Source of the DNA: Coriobacteriales bacterium OH1046
Lineage (GTDB): Bacteria; Actinomycetota; Coriobacteriia; Coriobacteriales; Atopobiaceae
Direction of reading: 5' to 3'
NCBI GenBank assembly: GCA_004010535.1
Contig: RQYE01000003.1
Span: 192,936-224,935, forward strand
DNA length: 32,000 bases
Part shown: positions 1 through 8,445 of the stretch, in pieces
Position numbering within the stretch: the stretch's first letter is position 1
Layout: each line of letters begins with the position of its first letter
The notes under the pieces: model-generated
Told to the model about the DNA's origin: nothing
Databases searched by the model: none
Seen by the model: the letters and a program-made list of their open reading frames with translations, nothing else
Program-made: the position numbers and the translations under genes

Positions 1-1623
1 CTTGCCGACGGCATCCATCGTGAGCGCGGCGAACAGGAACGGCAGCATACCGCCGATGAAGAGCGCGACGAGGACGATCGGGTTGTCGATGGCGAGGTTG
101 AATTCGAAGCCGGGATCGATCTGGTGGATCTTATCGACATAGGAGACCATGAGGGCCAGGGCGGTGAGGGCGGCGGAGCCGATGGCGAATCCCTTGCCGG
201 TCGCAGCGGTGGTGTTGCCGAGGGAGTCGAGCGCGTCGGTGCGCTCGCGGACCTCGCGGGGCATGCCGCACATCTCGGCGATGCCGCCGGCGTTATCGGC
301 GATGGGGCCGTAGGCATCGGTCGCCAGCGTGATGCCGAGCGTGGAGAGCATGCCGACAGCGGCGACGCCGACACCGTAGAGGCCCTGGGAGAAGGTGCCG
401 GCAGCTCCCTTGGAGCAGAAGTAGGCCACGAGCACCGCGATGCCGACGACGATGACGGGGCCGACGGTGGAGAGCATGCCGAGCGAGAGGCCGCTGATGA
501 CGATGGTGGCCGATCCGGTCTCGGATGCCTCGGCGAGCTTCTGCGTGGGCTTGTAGGTGTCGGAGGTGTAGTACTCGGTCATGGCGCCGATGACGACGCC
601 CGCAACGAGGCCCGCGAACACGGCGGCGTAGATGCCCATGTGCTCCGGAAGCAGGATCTTGATGGCCGCGAAGGCGGCGATCGCGATGAGGATCGCGCTG
701 ATGTAGGTGCCGGTGCGTAGGGCCTTCAGAAGGTTGCGCTGGGAAGCGCCCTCCTCGGTCCTGATGAAGAAGGTCCCCACGAGCGAGGCCGCCACGCCGA
801 GCGCCGCGATGAACATCGGCAGGGCCACGCCCTCGATGGAGTAGCCGGCGGCTACGGCGAGGGCGGCGGTGGAGATGATGGACCCCACGTAGGATTCGTA
901 CAGATCGGCGCCCATGCCCGCGACATCGCCCACGTTGTCGCCCACGTTATCGGCGATGGCGGCCGGATTGCGCGGGTCGTCCTCGGGGATGCCCGCCTCG
1001 ACCTTGCCCACGAGGTCGGCTCCCACGTCGGCGGCCTTGGTGAAGATGCCGCCGCCCACACGGGCGAAGAGCGCCATCGATGAGGCGCCCATGCCGAAGG
1101 TGAGCATGTTGGCGGTGATCTGCGTGAGCCTCTCGGCCATGGGAAGGGCGGAGAAGGCGGCGTTCAGGATGAAATACCAGATGGTGAGATCGAGCAGGCC
1201 GAGGCCGACGACCGTGAAGCCCATGACCGTGCCGGCGTCGAAGGCGATGCGCAGGCCGGAGTTGAGGCTCCGGGACGCGGCGTGCGCGGTGCGGCAATTC
1301 GCCATGGTTGCCGTGCGCATGCCGACAAAGCCGGCGAGCCCGGAGAAGAAGCCCCCCGTCAGGAATGCGAACGGCGTGAACCAGGAGAGCATGCCGGCGA
1401 AGGCCATGCAGACCATCGCCGCGAAGATCACGGCGAAGAAGATGAGCACGCCGGCGTATTGGCGCCTGAGGTACGCATTCGCGCCGTCGCTCACCGACTT
1501 CGAGATCTTCGCCATCTCGGGCGTTCCCTCGGGAGCGTTGCGGACGCTCCTGAATTTCGCGAAAGAGAACGCGAGGGCGATGAGCGAGCCGATTCCGGTG
1601 AAGATGAACGCCATTGATTCCAT
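1..1623 (-). CDS. hppA: Membrane-bound proton/sodium-translocating pyrophosphatase (V-PPase), partial; the C-terminus lies beyond the left edge
   Basis: Absent from the ORF track because it runs off the window. The reverse complement of 1..1623 is one open frame starting at ATG (rc of 1621-1623), MESMAFIFTGIGSLIALAF... It carries the V-PPase motifs GGGIFTKAADVGADLVGKVE, DNVGDNVGD, TEYYTS, DAYGPIADNAGGIAEM and GNTTAATGKGFAIGSAAL. It is strongly hydrophobic and multi-TM. Confidence 0.93.
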   Translation of the reverse strand, partial: MESMAFIFTGIGSLIALAFSFAKFRSVRNAPEGTPEMAKISKSVSDGANAYLRRQYAGVLIFFAVIFAAMVCMAFAGMLSWFTPFAFLTGGFFSGLAGFVGMRTATMANCRTAHAASRSLNSGLRIAFDAGTVMGFTVVGLGLLDLTIWYFILNAAFSALPMAERLTQITANMLTFGMGASSMALFARVGGGIFTKAADVGADLVGKVEAGIPEDDPRNPAAIADNVGDNVGDVAGMGADLYESYVGSIISTAALAVAAGYSIEGVALPMFIAALGVAASLVGTFFIRTEEGASQRNLLKALRTGTYISAILIAIAAFAAIKILLPEHMGIYAAVFAGLVAGVVIGAMTEYYTSDTYKPTQKLAEASETGSATIVISGLSLGMLSTVGPVIVVGIAVLVAYFCSKGAAGTFSQGLYGVGVAAVGMLSTLGITLATDAYGPIADNAGGIAEMCGMPREVRERTDALDSLGNTTAATGKGFAIGSAALTALALMVSYVDKIHQIDPGFEFNLAIDNPIVLVALFIGGMLPFLFAALTMDAVGK

Positions 1624-1827
1624 TGTCCCAACCTTTCCCAACCTGTTTCGGCACAAACGTACCTGCTCCGCATGCGGGAGAACAGAACTATTTCAGCCGA
1701 AACCATCCCCATTGAGAAGAATAAAAAGGTGAAAGGCGCAATCTATTGTTTTTGAGGACTATTTACGATGCGTTAACCTCGCCTGTGCTGGACGAGGGGT
1801 GCGATGCACGGTCGTGCAAGGGATGGG

Positions 1828-2955
1828 TTATCGGAGTCCCGCCTCGAGGCGCAGGAGCTCCCCGACGAATTCCTTGGCTATGAGCCGGGTGCCCGGGACC
1901 TTGCTCTCGCGCGGCCCCGCGATGTTCAGCGTGATGCCGAAGCCCACCTGCCCGATCCATGTGCGCGCCTCGGCGAACTCGTCCATGCCGCGCACGATCT
2001 TGCACGGCCTGCCGTATCTCTCGGCGAATTGCACGGTCATCTCGGTGCCGCTCTCGGGCTCGATGCCTGCCGGTGCGATGATGAGGGTGGCATGGCTATC
2101 GCGCACGTTCCATGCCGTACGCTCCACGTATCCGTCGGTGAAGCCCTCCTTGAGCTCGGGATAGGCGGCGAGCAGGCCGGGAGGATCGGGCATGTCCTCC
2201 GCGAGCCCTCCGGGCGGGCACCATCCGCAGATGGGGATGCCCGCCTCGCGCGCGGCATCCAGGCCGCCGCGATCGGCGCCGGTTTGGCCGCCGGAGCGGA
2301 TGAAGGCGATACGTGCGAGCGAGGCGCCGATGGCCCGGGCTTCCCGCTGCTGGGCGGCCACGGTCGCCGCATCCGTGGGGTCGGAGCGCTGGGCCATCTC
2401 CCACTGCTCGCGGGTGATCTTGGCTACATGGGCGGTGACCGCATCGCCCATGATCGTGCGCGGACGGTTCCTGATGATACGGTCGTGTGCGAGGCCGGTT
2501 TTCTCCATGACGCGGCGGCTCTGCTCGTTGGGCTCGTAGTATCCCCCCCAGATGCGGGAAAGGCGCAGATCGCGGAAGGCATGCTCCATGACAGCGCGCA
2601 CCGCCTCGGGCATATAGCCCCTGCCCCAGAGCGGCTTGGCGATCCAGTAGCCGAGCTCGGCCTCGTCGGAGCCGATGGCGAGGTCCGATGCCGTGCCGAT
2701 CTTGAGGCTGATGGCGCCGACCGCCTCGTCGGCGGGTTCGCGATCCTTGATGACGATGGCGAAGGATTCGGGGACGGAGAGGATATCGCGGATGATCCGG
2801 GTGCTCTCCTCGAGGCTGGCATGGGGCATCCAGCCGGCTGCGGGGCCCACGTCGGGATCGGAGGCGTAGGCGAAGAGCGCCTCGGCATCGGTCTCGCGCC
2901 AGGGGCGCAGGATGAGGCGGTCGGATTCGAGCGTGCGGGGCCAGGATGCGGGCAT
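1828..2955 (-). CDS. Two-domain fusion: N-terminal GNAT (RimJ/RimL-type) acetyltransferase and C-terminal SLOG-superfamily 'putative molybdenum carrier'-like domain
   Basis: 375-aa ORF. The N-terminal half has LRPWRETDAEALFAYASDPDV...GYWIAKPLWGRGYMPEAVRAVMEHAF (Acetyltransf_3-like). The C-terminal half has IRSGGQTGADRGGLDAAREAGIPICGWCPPGGLAEDM...ERTAWNVRDSHATLII...LNIAGPRESKVPG, typical of the MoCo-carrier/LOG-like Rossmann family. A GGAGG Shine-Dalgarno sits 6 nt upstream of the ATG. Confidence 0.85.
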   Translation of the reverse strand: MPASWPRTLESDRLILRPWRETDAEALFAYASDPDVGPAAGWMPHASLEESTRIIRDILSVPESFAIVIKDREPADEAVGAISLKIGTASDLAIGSDEAELGYWIAKPLWGRGYMPEAVRAVMEHAFRDLRLSRIWGGYYEPNEQSRRVMEKTGLAHDRIIRNRPRTIMGDAVTAHVAKITREQWEMAQRSDPTDAATVAAQQREARAIGASLARIAFIRSGGQTGADRGGLDAAREAGIPICGWCPPGGLAEDMPDPPGLLAAYPELKEGFTDGYVERTAWNVRDSHATLIIAPAGIEPESGTEMTVQFAERYGRPCKIVRGMDEFAEARTWIGQVGFGITLNIAGPRESKVPGTRLIAKEFVGELLRLEAGLR

Positions 2956-2973
2956 GGCCTGCCTCCAGTCTTG

Positions 2974-3813
2974 TCAATCGAAGGGTACGAAATGAGGTTC
3001 CATGCGGTCGAAGGCGTATACGCCCTCGTATCCTATCGCATTGAGGACGTCCTGGGCCTCGCGGATACGGGAGCCCAGATGCCTTGGCATATGGGAATCG
3101 GAGCCCACGGTCAGGATGCGGCCGCCCAGATCGTAATGGAGCTCGAGGATCTCACGGCACGGCATGGGCCCGGCCATCCCATAGCGGAAGCCCGAGGTGT
3201 TGAGCTCGATGCCCTTGCCGTCGGCGATCACCTGCTCGAGGATGGCGGCGATGATGTCGCGGCTCTTCTCGAAGGGGTAGGGGCCTGCGGGGTCGTAGCG
3301 TTTGACATGATCCAGGTGCGCGAGCACGCTGTAGTGCTTGTAGGAGCGGACCACGTCGTAGAGCTCCTGGTAATACTCGCCGTTATAGGCTGCTTGGCTG
3401 CGGCCTTCCATGAATTCGTTGCCGTCGTACCAGAACTCGATGTCGCGTACCTGGTGGATGGAGAGGAGCACGAAATCGAGCGGCCAGGCTGCGAAGAGCT
3501 GCTCGTAGGACCCGATGGTATGGGTCTGGACACCGAACTCGAGGCCCGCCCTCAAGCGGATGCGGTCCGCGTACTCCTCCCGGAGCTCGGCGATTCTCGC
3601 GAAGTAGGCGGGATAGGCCACGTTGACCGCAAGCTCGCCGTCGTGGTTCAGCCGGATGGCGGGGGAGTCCCATTCGTCCTTCACACCGTAATCCACATGG
3701 TCGGTGAAGGCGAGCTCCTCGATACCCAGCCCGATGGCATCGCGCACGACATCCTCCATGGGATAGTCGGAGTCATCGGAGAACGCGGTATGGACGTGGT
3801 AGTCGTAGAACAT
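2974..3813 (-). CDS. PHP-domain phosphoesterase, histidinol-phosphatase HisJ/HisK family
   Basis: 279-aa ORF beginning MFYDYHVHTAFSDDS...FTDHVDYG. Later it has LAHLDH, IELNTSG and GSDSH, the metal-binding His/Asp pattern of the PHP family. Confidence 0.85.
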   Translation of the reverse strand: MFYDYHVHTAFSDDSDYPMEDVVRDAIGLGIEELAFTDHVDYGVKDEWDSPAIRLNHDGELAVNVAYPAYFARIAELREEYADRIRLRAGLEFGVQTHTIGSYEQLFAAWPLDFVLLSIHQVRDIEFWYDGNEFMEGRSQAAYNGEYYQELYDVVRSYKHYSVLAHLDHVKRYDPAGPYPFEKSRDIIAAILEQVIADGKGIELNTSGFRYGMAGPMPCREILELHYDLGGRILTVGSDSHMPRHLGSRIREAQDVLNAIGYEGVYAFDRMEPHFVPFD

Positions 3814-3894
3814 GGGAGCCTTCCTAGGCGGATCGCGGTGCGGTCGCGACGGCGGGGACGGGGATGCGCGGGGCTCGTTCCAAGGAGCGCGCCC

Positions 3895-5838
3895 TCATTC
3901 CAGCTCGAACGCGCCGGTGTAGAGCTGATAGTACGTGCCCTGGGCGGCGATGAGCTCGTCGTGCGTGCCGCGTTCGATGATGCGTCCGTGGTCGAGCACG
4001 ATGATGACGTTGGCATTGCGCACGGTCGAGAGGCGGTGCGCGATGACGAAGGTCGTGCGCCCGGCCATGAGGGCGTCCATGCCCCTCTGGACGATCTGCT
4101 CGGTGCGCGTGTCGATGGAGGATGTCGCCTCGTCGAGGATCATGACGGGCGGGTCGGCGACGGCTGCGCGCGCGATTGCGAGGAGCTGGCGCTGGCCTTG
4201 GGAGAGCGAGGCGGCGTTGTCGCGCAGCATGGTCTGATAGCCGTTGGGAAGGCGCCTGATGAAGCCGTCCGCACCGGCGAGCTTGGCTGCGGCGATGCAC
4301 TCCTCGTCGGTGGCCGGGAGGCGCCCGTAGCGGATGTTGTCCATCACCGTGCCCGTGAAGAGGTTCGTCTCCTGCAGGACCATGCCGAGCGAGCGGCGCA
4401 GGTCCGACTTGCGGATCTTGTTGATGTTGATGCCGTCGAGGCGTATCTTGCCGTCCTCGATGTCGTAGAAGCGGTTCAGGAGGTTGGTGATGGTCGTCTT
4501 GCCCGCGCCCGTCGCGCCCACGAAGGCGACCTTCTGGCCGGGTTTGGCGTAGAGCGAGATGTCGTGCAGGATCGTGTTGCCGGGGGTGTAGGCGAAGTCG
4601 ACGTGCTCGAGCACCACGTCGCCTGCGAGCGGCGTATAGGTGACGGTGCCGTCGTGATGGGGGTGCTTCCAGAGCCATCGGCCGGTGTCCTCGTGCGTCT
4701 CGCATATCTCGCCGCCTACGATCTTCGCGCGGTGCAGCTCGACGTAGCCCTCGTCGGCCTCGGGCTCCTCGTCGATGAGCGAGAAGAGGCGCTCGGCACC
4801 CGCAAGGCCCATGACGATGAAGTTGATCTGGCTCGAGATCTGGCCGATGGAGCCCGCGAAGCGCTTGGTGAGGTTCAGGAACGGGACCACGATATCGATG
4901 GAGAGGGCGAGGCCCGAGATGGAGAGGTTCGGGATGTGCGAGGCGAGCATGATGCCCCCTGAGAGCGCGACCACCACGTAGGCGAGGTTGCCGAGGTTCA
5001 TGAGGACGGGACCGAGGATGTTCGAGTAGGTGTTGGCCTTAGCCGCCGCTTCGCAGAGCTCGCCGTTGAGGACCTCGAAGGACTTCTCGGTCTCCTCCTC
5101 GTGGGTGAAGACCTTGATGACCTTCTGCCCGGTCATGGCCTCTTCGACGAAACCCTCGGCAGCGGCGATGTTGCGCTGCTGGGCGAGGAAGTAGTGCGCG
5201 CTCCTACCGCCCAAGACGCGTGTGAGCCACGCCATGATGGCCACCATGGCGATCACCACGAGCGCCATCCAGACCGAGTACCATATCATGATGAAGAAGA
5301 TCGACGCCATGGCGAGGGCCATCGTGAGGACGTTGGGAAGGGACTGGCTGATGAGTTGGCGGATGGCGTCGACGTCGTTGGTGTAGTAGCTCATGACGTC
5401 GCCGTGCTTGGTGCGGTCGAAATAGCTGATGGGCAGGCTCTCCATGTGCTCGAACATCATGTTGCGGAGCTTCATGAGGGTGCCCTGCGTGATGATGGCG
5501 CCGATCTGCTCGCGCGCCGCGATGAGCGCGATGGAGACGATGTAGATCGCGACGAGGCGACCGGCTATGCCCGCGATGGCGGGTGCCGCCCCGCTCCAGT
5601 CGCCGGACTCCCAGTACTCGCCGACCACGGCAAGCGTCTCCTGGAGGAAGATCGAGGGCAGCGATTGCAGGATCGCCGGCACGATGATGCAGACGATGGA
5701 CAGCGGGAGCAGCACGGGATAGAACTTGAACACGAGCCCGAAGATGCGCATGAGCGTGGCTCCGGGATTCTGGGCGCCCTTGGAGCGGCGCACGCGGCTC
5801 GACATGGGGCCGTTGACCTGCTTCTTCTCCTCTGCCAT
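3895..5838 (-). CDS. ABC exporter half-transporter (TMD-NBD) with canonical NBD
   Basis: 647 aa with an N-terminal 6-TM-like region. Walker A is GATGAGKTT, Walker B/catalytic Glu is MILDEATSSID, and the H-loop is IAHRLST. The signature motif reads LSQGQRQ, a variant of LSGGQ. Confidence 0.93.
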   Translation of the reverse strand: MAEEKKQVNGPMSSRVRRSKGAQNPGATLMRIFGLVFKFYPVLLPLSIVCIIVPAILQSLPSIFLQETLAVVGEYWESGDWSGAAPAIAGIAGRLVAIYIVSIALIAAREQIGAIITQGTLMKLRNMMFEHMESLPISYFDRTKHGDVMSYYTNDVDAIRQLISQSLPNVLTMALAMASIFFIMIWYSVWMALVVIAMVAIMAWLTRVLGGRSAHYFLAQQRNIAAAEGFVEEAMTGQKVIKVFTHEEETEKSFEVLNGELCEAAAKANTYSNILGPVLMNLGNLAYVVVALSGGIMLASHIPNLSISGLALSIDIVVPFLNLTKRFAGSIGQISSQINFIVMGLAGAERLFSLIDEEPEADEGYVELHRAKIVGGEICETHEDTGRWLWKHPHHDGTVTYTPLAGDVVLEHVDFAYTPGNTILHDISLYAKPGQKVAFVGATGAGKTTITNLLNRFYDIEDGKIRLDGININKIRKSDLRRSLGMVLQETNLFTGTVMDNIRYGRLPATDEECIAAAKLAGADGFIRRLPNGYQTMLRDNAASLSQGQRQLLAIARAAVADPPVMILDEATSSIDTRTEQIVQRGMDALMAGRTTFVIAHRLSTVRNANVIIVLDHGRIIERGTHDELIAAQGTYYQLYTGAFELE

Positions 5839-5843
5839 AGGGC

Positions 5844-7673
5844 CTACGCCCCCTCTCCGTCGGTGCCATCTATCCCGATCGCCGCCATCGCGGCGTCATG
5901 GGACTGCTTGTTCTGCGAGGTGTAGGTCTCGCGGTAGATCTCGGAGGTGCGCAGCAGCTCCTCGTGGGTGCCTATGGCGGATATGCGGCCGCCATCTATG
6001 ACGACGATGCGGTCGGCGTCCTCCACCGAGCTCGTGCGCTGGGCGATGATGAGCTTGGTGGTGGAGGGGATGAATCGCTTGAAGCCCTCGCGGATGAGCT
6101 TGTCGGTCTTGGTGTCGACGGCGCTCGTCGAATCGTCGAGGATGAGCACCTTCGGGCTCTTGAGCAGGGCGCGCGCGATGCACAGGCGCTGCTTCTGGCC
6201 GCCCGAGACGTTGGTGCCCCCCTGCTCGATGTAGGTGTCGTACCCGTTGGGCAGGAGCTGGATGAACTCGTCCGCCTGCGCGAGCTTGCAGGCCTCGACC
6301 ATCTCCGCGCGCGAGGCATCCTGCTTGCCCCACCGGAGGTTGTCCTCGATGGTGCCGGAGAAGAGGATGTTGCGCTGCAGCACCACGGCCACCTCGTTGC
6401 GCAGCGTGTCCAGATCGTATTCGCGCACATCGTGCCCGCCCACCTTGACCGAGCCGCAGGTGGCATCGTAGAGGCGGCTGATGAGTTGGATGAGGGTGGT
6501 CTTGGACGAGCCGGTACCGCCGATGATGCCGATGACCTCGCCGCTCTTGATGTGCAGGTCGATATCGTCGAGGGCCATGCGCTCGGACCCGGCGGAATAC
6601 CCGAAGCTCACATGGTCGAAATCGATGGAGCCGTCGGCGATCTCGCAGCGGGGGTTCTCGGGGTTCTTGAGGTCGGACTGCTCCTCGAGCACCTCGACGA
6701 TACGGCGGGCGCTCTCCTCGCTCATGGTGATTATGACGAAGATCATCGAGAGCATGTTGAGGCTCATGAGGATCGAGAAGCCGTAGGTGATGAGGGCCGA
6801 GAGATGGCCGATGGCAAGATCGGCACCCTGGCTCTGGATGATGGCATGCGAGCCGAAGTAGATGACGAACACGTACACGATGTTGATGCAGAGCTGCATG
6901 ATGGGCATGTTCCATGCGAGCAGGCGCTCGGCGTGCAGGAAGTCGCGGTAGAGATTCTCGGAGGAGGCGTCGAACTTCTCCTTCTCGTACTCCTCGCGCA
7001 CGTATGACTTGACCACGCGGATGCCCTTGATGTTCTCCTCGACGGTGTCGTTCAGGGCGTCGTACTTGCGGAAGAGGCGGCGGAAGATGGGCATGACGTA
7101 GGCGGCGACGCCGAAGAGGAAGGCGCCGAGGAAGATGGACACCACCACGTAGATCGCCGCGAGCGCACCTCCGGTGAGGAATGCCATGGAGATGGCGAAG
7201 ACCAGCATGAGCGGGCTGCGGATGGCGGTGCGGATGATCATCATGTAGGCCATCTGGACGTTGCTCGTGTCGGTGGTGAGGCGCGTCACGAGCGAGCTCG
7301 TGGAGAAGCGGTCGATGTTGCCGAACGAGAACGACTGGATGTTGTGGAACATGTCGCTCCGGAGGTTCTTGGCGAGGCCCGTGGCCGCCGTGGAGCAGGT
7401 GATGCCGGCGATCGTGCCGCAGGCGAGCGAGATGAGCGCCAAGGCCACGAGGATGAGGGAGTAACGGCCTATGGCGGCCATGCCCTGGCCCTCGTTGATC
7501 GCGTTGATGAGCTGCGCGGTGATGAAGGGGATGGAGCACTCGATGACGACCTCGCCCGAGACGAGGATGGGCGTCTGGATCGAGGGTCGCCGGTATTCGC
7601 GCGCGCTTCCGGCGATGCGGCGCATGATCTGGGGGAGGGTGAGGTGCGCGAGGGTCTTCGCATGCTGTTCCAT
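5844..7673 (-). CDS. ABC exporter half-transporter (TMD-NBD) with degenerate NBD
   Basis: 609 aa. Walker A is GGTGSSKTT and the signature is VSGGQKQR. Walker B is LILDDSTSAVD (Asp in place of the catalytic Glu) and the H-loop position reads IAQRTSS (Gln in place of His). Only a 5-nt gap separates it from the downstream partner. Confidence 0.93.
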   Translation of the reverse strand: MEQHAKTLAHLTLPQIMRRIAGSAREYRRPSIQTPILVSGEVVIECSIPFITAQLINAINEGQGMAAIGRYSLILVALALISLACGTIAGITCSTAATGLAKNLRSDMFHNIQSFSFGNIDRFSTSSLVTRLTTDTSNVQMAYMMIIRTAIRSPLMLVFAISMAFLTGGALAAIYVVVSIFLGAFLFGVAAYVMPIFRRLFRKYDALNDTVEENIKGIRVVKSYVREEYEKEKFDASSENLYRDFLHAERLLAWNMPIMQLCINIVYVFVIYFGSHAIIQSQGADLAIGHLSALITYGFSILMSLNMLSMIFVIITMSEESARRIVEVLEEQSDLKNPENPRCEIADGSIDFDHVSFGYSAGSERMALDDIDLHIKSGEVIGIIGGTGSSKTTLIQLISRLYDATCGSVKVGGHDVREYDLDTLRNEVAVVLQRNILFSGTIEDNLRWGKQDASRAEMVEACKLAQADEFIQLLPNGYDTYIEQGGTNVSGGQKQRLCIARALLKSPKVLILDDSTSAVDTKTDKLIREGFKRFIPSTTKLIIAQRTSSVEDADRIVVIDGGRISAIGTHEELLRTSEIYRETYTSQNKQSHDAAMAAIGIDGTDGEGA

Positions 7674-7679
7674 GGGGTC

Positions 7680-8147
7680 CTAGGCCTCCTCGCGCTCGCG
7701 GGTCTCGATGGCGCGCCAATGCTCGGCGACGCGTTCGAGCAAACCGAGCAGCTCCCCGCGCTCATCCTCGGAAAGGCATGCGAAGGCCTCCTCCTCGAAG
7801 GCGAGCTTGTCGGCGATGAGCGCGCGCGCCTTGTCGCTGCCCGCTCGGGTGAGCTGGATGTCGAGCTGGCGTCCGTCGCTTGCGGAACGCACCCGCGAGA
7901 GGTAGCCGCCCGCCTCGAGCTTCGCGATGACCTCGGAGAGGGAGGCGGAGCTCACGCAGGATCGCCGTGCGAGCTCGCATTGGGCCATGTGGCCGCCGCT
8001 CTGGTACACGGAGAGCAGGATGTGCTGCCTGCCGCCCCTGCCCCCGGCATGGAGATGCAGGAAGTGGCCGAAATAGCCGAAGTTCTGGAGGAGCCGCCTC
8101 ACGGTGGTGCTGTCCGCAAGCGACTCGCGCAGTTCGATGTCTGTCAT
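7680..8147 (-). CDS. MarR-family transcriptional regulator
   Basis: 155 aa with a winged-helix core, MAQCELARRSCVSSASLSEVIAKLEAGGYLSRVRSASDGRQLDIQLTRAG. It lies first in the string with the two ABC genes, with a 6-nt gap to the next gene. Confidence 0.9.
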   Translation of the reverse strand: MTDIELRESLADSTTVRRLLQNFGYFGHFLHLHAGGRGGRQHILLSVYQSGGHMAQCELARRSCVSSASLSEVIAKLEAGGYLSRVRSASDGRQLDIQLTRAGSDKARALIADKLAFEEEAFACLSEDERGELLGLLERVAEHWRAIETREREEA

Positions 8148-8260
8148 GGAGATCCTTTGCGTGCCGTCTGTTGTGCGCCCACCACTTTCCGCTTAGGCGA
8201 AGAAGATGTCAAGGTACCTAATGAAAAATATGCAGTCAATGAAATGCATTCGCAACGAAA
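8148..8260 (-). promoter_or_regulatory. Putative promoter/operator region of the marR-ABC string
   Basis: This is a locally AT-richer stretch upstream of the marR ATG. On the minus strand there are two TTGAC boxes (plus-strand TGTCAA at 8207-8212 and AGTCAA at 8234-8239). A short inverted repeat, ATGCA-N10-TGCAT (8230-8249), overlaps one of them. No convincing -10 element was seen. Confidence 0.3.
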
Positions 8261-8337
8261 GCCATCCAGCTGGTTGGATATCCGGGATCGGACCGTTCTC
8301 CATCGGAAGCTCATCGCCCCATCGGAAGGCTGGTTTG

Positions 8338-8379
8338 AAAGAAGAGAAAAAACCCGCAGGGTCCAGGGTACCCTGCGGG
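8338..8379 (-). terminator. Rho-independent terminator downstream of the amidohydrolase gene
   Basis: An 11-bp stem (8351-8361 pairs with 8369-8379, ACCCGCAGGGT/ACCCTGCGGGT) has a 7-nt loop. Read on the minus strand it is followed by TTTTTTCTCTTC (plus-strand A-tract 8341-8350). It lies about 67 nt after the stop at 8446. Confidence 0.8.
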
Positions 8380-8445
8380 TCGGATGCGGGAGGCCGATAC
8401 CAAGGCAGGAAGGAGAGAAAAGGATGGTGGCCTTCCCAGGCGAGC

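Noticed and set aside
124-720. 198-aa plus-strand ORF at the left edge, and neighbours at 852-1732
   Set aside because: They lie antisense or off-frame to the V-PPase gene, whose frame is open across 1-1623 and shows all family motifs.
1664-1680. Short GC palindrome (CCGCATGCGG) upstream of hppA, considered as an operator or terminator
   Set aside because: It is only about 10 nt, has no T-tract and recurs nowhere else. That is insufficient evidence.
1804-4962. 1052-aa plus-strand ORF spanning the GNAT::SLOG, PHP and ABC genes
   Set aside because: It is antisense to three well-supported minus-strand genes. The translation is Gly/Ala/Arg/Asp/Leu-rich with no motifs. This is a typical long shadow ORF of high-G+C DNA.
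5896-7719. 607-aa minus-strand ORF overlapping the 609-aa ABC gene in another frame
   Set aside because: It is an off-frame, extremely Arg/Pro/His-rich translation. The in-frame ABC product carries all Walker and signature motifs.
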